A stretch of 64,000 nt of DNA from an uncultured bacterium (GTDB lineage Bacteria; Verrucomicrobiota; Kiritimatiellia; RFP12; UBA3636): NCBI GenBank assembly GCA_902761575.1, contig CACWKU010000002.1, positions 5,578-69,577 on the forward strand, written 5' to 3'. Below the pieces are notes generated by a model, which made no database searches, was not told the origin of the DNA, and saw only the letters and a program-made list of their open reading frames with translations. Positions 21,001-29,400 of the stretch are shown here, one piece after another; the stretch's first letter is position 1, and every line of letters starts with the position of its first letter. The position numbers and the translations under genes are program-made.

Positions 21001-21111
21001 GGTGGGCAAGGGGCGGTTGCGTGGGGGAAAGGGGCTTTCCTTGACGTGCAGACTACCACCGGATCCGATTCCCGGTCAATGCCTTGCATTGCACTTTCCG
21101 ATAATAATTTA

Positions 21112-21141
21112 TTGACTTTTTCGATACACTTGCGGTAGGAT
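21112..21141 (+). promoter_or_regulatory. Sigma70-like promoter (TTGACT-18-TAGGAT) ending 7 nt before the ATG of the AraC-type regulator. Implies a leaderless or near-leaderless transcript
   Basis: TTGACT at 21112-21117, TAGGAT at 21136-21141, ATG at 21149. It lies in the divergent intergenic region 21010-21148. Confidence 0.45.
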
Positions 21142-21148
21142 TCCCCCC

Positions 21149-22345
21149 ATGAAGAAAGTCCTCGTCGTCTCCTCGATCAACGGCATCGCCGGCCGCAACG
21201 GCCTCACCGGCATCTTCGACTTCGTCAACGAGGGCCACGACTGGAGCATCCGCTTCCTGCAGAATCCCGGCGATTCCGCCGACGGGATGCTGCCCGCGGC
21301 GCTCCGGGGCGGCGTGGACGGCGTTATCGTGAGCCCCCGCGCGATGACGCCGGGGATCCGCCGGCTGCTGGACCGGCCGGTCCCGGTCGTGATGGTCCAC
21401 AACCCGGGCGGCGGCGTCCCGCGGCACGGCCCCCGCTTCTCCCTCCTGAAGAACGACGACCGATCCGTGGGCCGGCTCGCCGCCGAATACCTGCTCTCGA
21501 AGTCCCGGTTCCGCTCCTACGCCTTCATTCCGACGCCCTCGCCGACGACCTGGTCGGACGAGCGGCTCGCCGGATTCGCCGAGGCCCTGTCCGCGAAGGG
21601 CATGGCGCCCGTCGTGTGGAGCGCCGAGCGGCAGCCGCTCGGGGACTTCCTCAAGTCGCTGCGCAAGCCCGCCGCCGTCCTGGGGGCGACGGACCTCGAA
21701 GCCATCGACGCGCTCGCCGCGTGCCGCCGGCTGCGCATCGACGTCCCCTCGCGCGTCGCCGTGATGGGCGTCGACAACGACGAGATGATGTGCGAGGCGA
21801 CGAAGCCGACGCTCTCGAGCGTCCGGACGGACGACGTCGCGCTCGGCCGCCGCGCCGCGGAGGAGCTGGCCTTCCTGATGTCGGCGAAGGGCCCCCTCCC
21901 GCCGCGCGAGGCGATCCTCGTCCCGCCCGCCGGGGTCTCGGAACGGAACTCGACGCGCACCGTCCCCCCGGCGGGGTATCTCATCCAGGAGGCGCTCTCG
22001 TTCGTCCGGCGCCACGTGAACGAGGGCATCGGCGTCGACGACGTCGTGCGGCACCTGCACGTCTCGCACTCGCTCGTCCGCGCCCGGTTCCGCGAGGTCT
22101 ACGGCAAGTCCCTCCGCGACGTGATCCTGGACCTGCGGATCCGGACGGCGGCGTCGATGCTGCTCCGGACGAAGGCGTCCGTCCACGCGATCGCGCGGAA
22201 AACCGGATTCGCCTCCGACGCCCATTTCGTCCGCCTCTTCCGGAAGAAGACGGGCTCGACCCCGTCCGACTACCGCGCCGCGGGACGCCGGTCCTCGCGC
22301 CGCCCCGCCGCGAGGGCCGGCTCCGGGAACCGCACGGAAGCGTAG
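21149..22345 (+). CDS. AraC/XylS-family transcriptional regulator with N-terminal periplasmic-binding-protein-like sugar-binding domain (XylR-like)
   Basis: N-terminal LacI/PBP-like region (VVMVHNPGG.., GATDLEAIDALAACRRLRIDVPSRVAVMGVDNDE) plus C-terminal AraC HTH (..LSFVRRHVNEGIGVDDVVRHLHVSHSLVRARFREVYGKSLRDVILDLRIRTAASMLL.. GFASDAHFVRLFRKKTGSTPSDYR). Confidence 0.85.
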   Translation: MKKVLVVSSINGIAGRNGLTGIFDFVNEGHDWSIRFLQNPGDSADGMLPAALRGGVDGVIVSPRAMTPGIRRLLDRPVPVVMVHNPGGGVPRHGPRFSLLKNDDRSVGRLAAEYLLSKSRFRSYAFIPTPSPTTWSDERLAGFAEALSAKGMAPVVWSAERQPLGDFLKSLRKPAAVLGATDLEAIDALAACRRLRIDVPSRVAVMGVDNDEMMCEATKPTLSSVRTDDVALGRRAAEELAFLMSAKGPLPPREAILVPPAGVSERNSTRTVPPAGYLIQEALSFVRRHVNEGIGVDDVVRHLHVSHSLVRARFREVYGKSLRDVILDLRIRTAASMLLRTKASVHAIARKTGFASDAHFVRLFRKKTGSTPSDYRAAGRRSSRRPAARAGSGNRTEA

Positions 22346-22364
22346 TTGCAAACGCGACCGGAAC

Positions 22365-22373
22365 TGCTAGAAT
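22365..22373 (+). promoter_or_regulatory. Extended -10 element TGcTAGAAT upstream of the isomerase gene. The same 12-mer CTGCTAGAATCG recurs at 57036-57047
   Basis: TGCTAGAAT matches the TGnTAnAAT extended -10; 49 nt upstream of ATG 22422. Confidence 0.4.
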
Positions 22374-22421
22374 CGCGCGCAGTCGTCCGCACGCGCGGAG
22401 AAAGACGAGCCGAATCCCACC

Positions 22422-23222
22422 ATGAAGACCAACGAGCTGTCCGTCTTCCACCACCACGTCCTCGAGTTCGCCAAGGCGCGCGGAATCCCGCTCGCGGAGG
22501 CCCTCGCCGCGACGCGGGCCATGGGGTTCGACGGACTCGTGACCGAACGGGCGCTCCTCTCGGACGGCGACGCCCTGAAGCGCCTCCTCGGCGCGAACGG
22601 CCTGCGCATCGTTTCGGTCTACGACTGGATCGACTTCGTCCACGACGACCCCGCGGCCTGCGCGCGCCGGACCGAGGAGCTCCTGCGGACCGCAAAGGAG
22701 TTCGGCGCTGCCAACGTCCTCGTCCTTCCTGGATGCTTCCGCGAGGGCGACGACGAGGCCGCCGGACTCGACCGGATCTGCGGCGGCCTCTCGGACGCCT
22801 GCCGCCTGGCGACGTCCCTCGGGATCGACGTCACGATCGAGGACTTCGGCCTTCCCGGCTCGCCCAACGGCACCATCGCCGGCTGCGCGGCGATCCTCGA
22901 GCGCGTGCCGGGGCTCGGCTTCGCCTTCGACACGGGCAACTTCGCCTGCTACGGCGAGGACCCGCACGACGCCTGGCCACTCCTCCGCGACCGCGTCGTC
23001 TTCGTCCACCTGAAGGACCGCGCGTCCGGGCCGCACGGACTCGACGTCTCCGCCGAGGTGCCGGTCGGCGACGGCGCCCTCGACCTCGGCCGCCTCGTCC
23101 GCCGCATGCGCGCCGACGGCTACGCCGGCGGCTTCGTCGCGGAGCACTTCGGCCATCCCGACCAGGAGGCGGCCATGCGCCGCTCGGCGGACTTCTTCCG
23201 CGGGATTGTCAGTCGATGCTGA
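22422..23222 (+). CDS. Sugar phosphate isomerase/epimerase (xylose-isomerase-like TIM barrel)
   Basis: 266 aa; ..AANVLVLPG.., FAFDTGNF, VVFVHLKD.. are motifs typical of AP-endonuclease-2/xylose-isomerase-like TIM barrel proteins. Confidence 0.7.
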   Translation: MKTNELSVFHHHVLEFAKARGIPLAEALAATRAMGFDGLVTERALLSDGDALKRLLGANGLRIVSVYDWIDFVHDDPAACARRTEELLRTAKEFGAANVLVLPGCFREGDDEAAGLDRICGGLSDACRLATSLGIDVTIEDFGLPGSPNGTIAGCAAILERVPGLGFAFDTGNFACYGEDPHDAWPLLRDRVVFVHLKDRASGPHGLDVSAEVPVGDGALDLGRLVRRMRADGYAGGFVAEHFGHPDQEAAMRRSADFFRGIVSRC

Positions 23223-24222
23223 ACACCACGCGCGGGGGCTTGGACGGCGTCGGCATCGGGACGAAGAGGAGCTGGTTGATGACCGCGCGCTCGGACCCGT
23301 CGTCGAGGTAGTTCATCGTGTAGTAGTCGGTGGAGCTCGACGAGGTCTTCTGCGTGTCGCAGACGTCGGAGGCCGTCATCAGGTCCTTGCGGATCGCCAT
23401 CGTCGTCGACCCGCCGCCGTCGCAGCAGACGCCCCCGACGCAGCCCAGCGCCAGCTGGAGCGCGGCCACCTCGTGGTAGGCGAGGCCGTCGGAGACGCCC
23501 TCGCGCCGCCCGTCCACCGCGCCGGCCCACAGGACGCCGTCCGCGGTCGTGCCGAAGAACGTGTAGTTGGCCCGGCTGAAATAGGTCGCGTTGGCTCCCC
23601 ACGTCGCGACGCCGTCGTGGATCGTGTAGGCCTCGTGCGTGACGACGTTGTCCCAGGCGTCGGCCTTCGTCTTTCCGGTTTCGGGATCGACGGCGGGCCA
23701 ATCCTTGTCGAACTTGTAGCTTTTGTTGTCGTTGAACGCGAACCCGGCCTTCGTGCCCGTCGCTTCCGCGCCGTTCGGAATCACCGCGCCGTCCGCCTTC
23801 GCGTAGCCCTGGGGCTTGGGGCTGAAGTAGACCAGGGTCCCTTCGCGGTATTCCATCGTCATGTTGATGGCGAAGAGCGCGTTATGCTGCGCGGCGGTCC
23901 AGGACGTCGTCCGGCGCTTCGTCGACTCCTGCGTGTGGTCGACGAACTTCATCCGGACGGGGGCGTTGGCGTAGTCGATGCGAAGCAGGTGCAGGTCGTT
24001 CTTCGAGGCGGTGAAGCCGTCCACGGTCCCGAGCAGGTTCGTGAAGCGCCCGTAGTAGTACTCGACGCCGTTCGTGAGCTGCATCCACTTCGCGGTGTGG
24101 AGCCCCATCTCCCGCAGCTCCGCGGGGAACTTCGCGGCGGCCGCCTCGCCCGTCAGGAGTTCGCCCGCGGACGCGTGCGCGGCGAGGCAGAGGAGCGCGA
24201 TCGATCGGAGGATGGTTTTCAT
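23209..24222 (-). CDS. Secreted phosphodiester glycosidase family protein (NAGPA-like). Tail ..PPRVVFSID
   Basis: MKTILRSIALLCLAAHASA signal; ..LALGCVGGVCCDGGGSTTMAI.. resembles the conserved DGGGS block of the phosphodiester glycosidase family. Confidence 0.6.
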   Translation of the reverse strand: MKTILRSIALLCLAAHASAGELLTGEAAAAKFPAELREMGLHTAKWMQLTNGVEYYYGRFTNLLGTVDGFTASKNDLHLLRIDYANAPVRMKFVDHTQESTKRRTTSWTAAQHNALFAINMTMEYREGTLVYFSPKPQGYAKADGAVIPNGAEATGTKAGFAFNDNKSYKFDKDWPAVDPETGKTKADAWDNVVTHEAYTIHDGVATWGANATYFSRANYTFFGTTADGVLWAGAVDGRREGVSDGLAYHEVAALQLALGCVGGVCCDGGGSTTMAIRKDLMTASDVCDTQKTSSSSTDYYTMNYLDDGSERAVINQLLFVPMPTPSKPPRVVFSID

Positions 24223-24274
24223 GGTCGTGTCTATTGGTTCTGATCGGAACGGTACCCTGCGGGAGGGGTTCCTG

Positions 24275-26422
24275 TCAATCGATGGAGAAGACGGCGCGGG
24301 ATCGTCCGGCCTGCCCGCCGCCGGAGATGTCCGTCGCCGGGGAGGCCGAGAGGAAGGAGGCGGAGGCCTGGTCGTATTCGGCCTTCACCCAATCGGCGGA
24401 GCAGACGGCGTCGCGAAGGCGGAACTCGTCAAAGAGGCCCGTGAAGTGCCCGTTGTAGAGGCCGCCCTTCGTGCCGAAGCAGAGCTTGTTGTTGCTGTCC
24501 TTCGCCGCCGTGATCGCGCCGTTCAGGGCGACCGCGCCGTCGACGTAGACCGTCAGCGCCGTGCCGTCGTAGACGGCGGCGACGTGCCGCCAGCCGTCCA
24601 TGGCGGACGGGATCGTTTCCGAGAGCGTGGCGCCGCCGTTGCCGCAGGCCTGCAGCGTCGTGGCGTCCGCGAGCGCGATCTCCCATTCCGGCGTGGTGCC
24701 GTCGGCGCTGCGGACTGCTATGCGCGCAAGGCCGCCGCCGTCGATCGTGTCGGTCATCTTCACCCAGCCCGACAACGTGAAATCGCTGCCGAGGTCGAGA
24801 AGATAGGAGTCGCTCACGCAGAGCATCGAGCGCCCGGTGCCCTTGTTCCGGACGGAAGTGTTGAACCGCCCCTTGCCGAAGACGCCCTCGCCCGCGACGG
24901 AATACGCCTCTCCGCTTCCGTTCGGCGAGGCCGCCAGCCCGTTGCCCGCGGCGTCGTAGACGTCGCCCTCCGCCTCGGCCATGTGCCAGACGCCGACGTA
25001 GTCGGCCGACCACGCACGGAACGCCCGGACCTCGTCGGTTGGCGTGCCGCCGTAGTACATCGTGAACGTCGTCCCTCGCGCGAGCGAGGGGACCTTGACC
25101 CAGACGAGGGAGACGCCGTTCGTGTTCCATTCCTCGACGTCGCAGTCCAGCGACCTGCCCGCGGCGTCGGCGAAGCGCAGCTCGCTCCCGTTCGTCGGGT
25201 CTGCGAGGTCCGCGTAGCGGAACCCTTCGGGCGAATCCTCGGCGAGGCGGACGGCGATCGGGAAATCCGCGAGAGCCGTCTGTCCCGCGTAGCCCGAGAC
25301 CGTGAACGCGACCGCGCGCGTGAAGCGATCGGTCTGGACGTCCTGCGGCTCGATGACGACGGGATCGCCGGGCTCGCACTCGCGGATGCCGCGCAGCATC
25401 GCCATGCCGATGGTCGCGTCGACGTGCCCCTTCCTGCTGTCGGCCGGAACGTAGGCGGACGCGAGCGAGGTGGAAAGGAGCTTGTCGTAGTCGGCCATGT
25501 TGATCGAGAAGCCCGCGGAGAAGGTCTCCGCGCCGGACCCGGAGGCCTCCTGCTCGACCGACGGATTCGCGGCGAGCGAGGCGAGCCCGCGCCGGAAGAC
25601 GACCTTGGAGAATTCGCCGCCGCCCATCCCGGCGTTGGCCGCGGCCTGCTTGAACGTCGCGAGCTGTGCGCCGGTGATCTTGACCGCGGGGTGGATCGAC
25701 CAGATTTTCTCGTTCGCGTTCCAGGCCGCCTCGGCGTTCGCCATCTGCCCGTCGTCCATCCCCAGCGCGCGAAGGAGCGTCCGCGCCATCACGCGGTCGC
25801 CCGCCGGCGCCATGTGGACGCCGTCGATCGTCGCCTTGTAGTGGAGCTGGTATTCGAGGTAGGGCGTCTCGGAGCTCGCCTTCCAGTCGGTGATCGCCTG
25901 CCAGGTGTCGCAGAGCGGAACGGCGTAGGTCGCCGCGTAGCCGCGCACCGTTGCCGCGTAGGCGCTCGTCGAGTCGCCGTCCTCGGTGTTGAACACCGCG
26001 AACGTCGGCGTCATCACGACGGGGATGACGCCCGCCGCCTTCGCCATCTGGATCATTGCCTCGACGTCCTCGGGGCCGCTCGCCGGCTCCTGGTCGGAGA
26101 GGGCGACGTCGTTCACGCCGGCGCTGATCGTCACGATGGCCGGATGGTTGTCGACGACGTCTCGCTGGAAGCGCGCGCGCATTTGCGAGGCCTTCTCGCC
26201 GGGGACGCCGCGTCCGATCCAACGAACGTCGATCCCGTTCGCCGCGAGCCCCTGGACCGCCAGGTTCACGTAGCCGTGCGAACGCTCGGCGCCGTAGTGG
26301 GTGATCGAATCGCCCAGGAAGACGACCGTGTCGCCGCTTCGCACCAGCGGCTCGCCGCGTGCGGCAAGGGCGGCCGCCAGCGCGATCGAGGCGGCGACGG
26401 GAAGGATTCTTGTCGTGTGCAT
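24275..26422 (-). CDS. Secreted SGNH hydrolase, DUF2341, LamG protein. Tail ..RSRAVFSID
   Basis: ORF 24275..26473(-); ATG start MHTTRILPVAASIALAAALAARG; VVFLGDSITHYG; SGYAGQTALADFPIAVRL..LVWVKVP; YVGVWHM..LFDEFRLRD. Confidence 0.85.
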   Translation of the reverse strand: MHTTRILPVAASIALAAALAARGEPLVRSGDTVVFLGDSITHYGAERSHGYVNLAVQGLAANGIDVRWIGRGVPGEKASQMRARFQRDVVDNHPAIVTISAGVNDVALSDQEPASGPEDVEAMIQMAKAAGVIPVVMTPTFAVFNTEDGDSTSAYAATVRGYAATYAVPLCDTWQAITDWKASSETPYLEYQLHYKATIDGVHMAPAGDRVMARTLLRALGMDDGQMANAEAAWNANEKIWSIHPAVKITGAQLATFKQAAANAGMGGGEFSKVVFRRGLASLAANPSVEQEASGSGAETFSAGFSINMADYDKLLSTSLASAYVPADSRKGHVDATIGMAMLRGIRECEPGDPVVIEPQDVQTDRFTRAVAFTVSGYAGQTALADFPIAVRLAEDSPEGFRYADLADPTNGSELRFADAAGRSLDCDVEEWNTNGVSLVWVKVPSLARGTTFTMYYGGTPTDEVRAFRAWSADYVGVWHMAEAEGDVYDAAGNGLAASPNGSGEAYSVAGEGVFGKGRFNTSVRNKGTGRSMLCVSDSYLLDLGSDFTLSGWVKMTDTIDGGGLARIAVRSADGTTPEWEIALADATTLQACGNGGATLSETIPSAMDGWRHVAAVYDGTALTVYVDGAVALNGAITAAKDSNNKLCFGTKGGLYNGHFTGLFDEFRLRDAVCSADWVKAEYDQASASFLSASPATDISGGGQAGRSRAVFSID

Positions 26423-26489
26423 GGCCGCTGTCTCCGGATGGCGTCGCGAAGCGATTGCGTTCCCGATTCCCATCGGAGGAAGGATCTCC

Positions 26490-29400
26490 CTACGGGTTCG
26501 GAGCCTTGTCCGACTCGCGGATCTGGTAGAACGCGCACGTCTCGTTCTCGCCGATGGCGATCTCGAGCTCGCCCGTTCCGACGAGAAGATCGGTGGCCGA
26601 GGTCCAGGTCGTCTCGTCGAGGACGAAGCCCTGCGAGAGGTCCGTCGTCTTCTCGAGCGCGTACCAGCGGCCGGCCTTGATCCCGTCGACGCCGACGAGG
26701 ACCGTCGTCTCGCCGACCGTGATCGACTTGGCGCGGACGTGGACGGTGCCGTCGGTCACGGTCACCGTGATCGTGCCGTCGCCGTTGTCCGTGACGGCGT
26801 GGTCGAGGTCGCCGCCGATCTCGAGGTCGTACCCGTTCGTCGTGATGGTGTGCACGCCCGGCGTCGTCGGGTTCCAGGACGCGTTCCAGAGCAGCTGGAT
26901 CGGCTTCTTGCCCGACTGGACGGCCTCCTCGACGGTCGGGTACTCCGTGTCGCCGGCCTTCGCGACGTTCGTATCGAGCCGTTCGAGCAGATACGTGCCG
27001 TCGAGCGCGGTGACGGCGGTCGCGCCGGAGTAGCGCATGGTCGAGACGCCGTCCGCCTTCTCCGCCATCGGATAGGTGCCGAGCGCCATGCCGTCGACCG
27101 AATAGGAGACCTTCTTCGCCCAGCAGTCCATCACGACCATGACGGTCACCGGGGAGGCGGTCTCCGCGACGACGGAGAGGTTCGTCGCCACGCCGTTCGC
27201 CGTCGCGACCGCGTAGCGAGCGACGCCGTCGACCTGGATGACGGTGATGGCCGCGCGGTCGGAGGTCTCGAAGGCGTCGTCCGACGGCTCGCCAAACACG
27301 AAGGTCGACGTGATCGTGACGACGGCGTCGCCGGGCGCGGCCGTCGCCGCCGTGAAGGTCGCGTTGGAGACGACGATCGCGCCGTCGGCGACAACCGCCT
27401 TCTCGCCGGACCACGCGCCCGTCGATTCGAACGTGGACGCCGTCTCGTGGATCCAGCCCGACTCCTCCGCGATGACCGGCCGGCCCTGTTCGAGGACGGT
27501 GGTCTTGGTGTATTCGTCGTCGCCCACGACGAGCGTGATCGTGGCCTCGTAGGTGTTGCCGACCGTGACGGCGGTCGCGGGGACCTCGATCGTGATCGTC
27601 CCGTTCTCCGCGTCGACCGTGCCGGGGTAGTCCACGCCGCCGATCGTGATCTTGGCCGTCGGCTCCGTCCCCTCGGGGATGTCGCCGGTGAAGTCGACCG
27701 TGACGGTGCTGCCGTTGAAGTCCCGGCCGGGGCGCGACACGGGCTCGCCGAGCTCGATTGGCTCGAGCGGGATCGTCCCGTCGGAGAAGAGCGCGGTGGA
27801 GACGGCGCTAGGGCCGAGGTCCGGCGCGTAGGCGCGGGCCTTGATCGTGGTCCGCTCGGTGAGCGTGATCGGGCCGCTGTAGACCGCGCTCGACGCGGTG
27901 GGACGGGAGCCGTCGGTCGTGTAGTAGATCGTGGCGCCGGCCGTCGCGCAGGCGATCGTCACCTCGATCGAGCCGACGAATTCCGTGCCCGCCCCGGGAT
28001 CGAAGGTCGGCTTCGCGGCCCGGTCGGCGTACTCGTAGGCGCCCATCGACGGCGGATCGGAGAACTCGAGGCCGGCCAGGTCGAGGCCGAGGCCCTCGTA
28101 GGAGTCGCCGCCCTCGACCGCGGGGCACTCCAGGACGATGCCGTAGTCCTCGTTCTCGGGGTCGACGAACCACGCCGCGCCGCTGCCGGCGACGCTCTGC
28201 GATCCCTCGCCCAGCGCCTCCGTCCCGTTGGCGAAGAGGTTGTAGCTCGACTGCGCCGCGTAGCCGGCGCGGTTGTTCTCCTCCTGGAACACGAGGTTCG
28301 GGTCGCCGAGCCCCGCGACGTTGTCGGCCAGGATGCTGTTCACGAGCGCGAAGTCGTACGTCGAGCGGACGCCGTTCTGCGTGATGTAGATGCCGCCGCC
28401 GGTGGCCGAGGCCTCGTTGGCCACGATCGTCGTGTTGCGGACCGTGAGCACGTAGGGGTTGATGCCGTTCCAGAAGTACCCGACGATCGCGCCTCCGTGG
28501 CCCTGCGGCGCGCGGTTTCCGTAGAAGAGGCACGCGTCGACGAGGACGTCGCCCGTCGGGCAGTAGACGCCGAGGCCGCCGCCGTGGCTCGCGCCGGCGC
28601 TCGCCAGCGCCTCGTTGTACGCGAAGATCGTGTGGTCGACGGAGCCCTGCTTGATGCTGACGCCCGCGCCGTAGACGTTGTTGACGTGGTCGATGGCCGG
28701 GTCGAATCTGTCGACGCCCGCGACGTTGTTGGAGATGCAGCACCAGGAGATCGTCCCGTCCTCGACCAGGGCGCCGGCGCCGGAGACCCACTTGCCCGCG
28801 ACGAAGCCGCCCGTCAGCGTCACGCTCTCGAGCCGCGCGCCCTCGCGCAGCGTCGCGCAACGCGACTGCTTGCCCGTCGTCGTCTGCCGGATGACCGTGT
28901 TCGTCCATCCCTGGCCGACGAGCGTGACGCCGTTCGTGATCATCAGCTGCTCGTCGATCTCGAAGAGGCCCTCGGCGAGGACGACGGTCCCGGACGTCGG
29001 CGCCGCGGCGTCGATTGCGGCCTGGATCGTCCACCACGTCGCGGCGGGATCGCCGTCGACCGGATGGATGCCCGGCGTCTGTTCCACGTAAGTGTAGGTC
29101 GCGGAGACGACGGCGCTCGGATCCAGATCCTGCTTGTAGGCGCGCGCCTTGATCGTCGTCGTGGCGGAGATTTCGATCGGCGCCGTGTATTCCTCGCTGG
29201 AATCCGTCGGATCCGTTCCATCGGTCGTGTAGTAGATCGACGCGCCGGCCGTCGCGCAGGAGAGCGACACGCTCAACGGCGCGGAGAACGTGGCGCCCGA
29301 CGCGGGATCGAACACGGGGTTCCGGACCATGGTCTCCGGCCCGACCTCCTGGGCCTCACCGTAGGAGAAGACGTCCGTCCCGGACATGTTCATCGCCTTG

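Noticed and set aside
21053-22351. 432-aa minus-strand ORF antisense to the AraC-family regulator gene, and ORFs 21616..22425 (+), 21981..23156 (-), 22346..23311 (+)
   Set aside because: They are out of frame or antisense to two well-supported genes (AraC/XylR regulator, sugar-phosphate isomerase). Their translations are Arg/Gly/Pro-rich.
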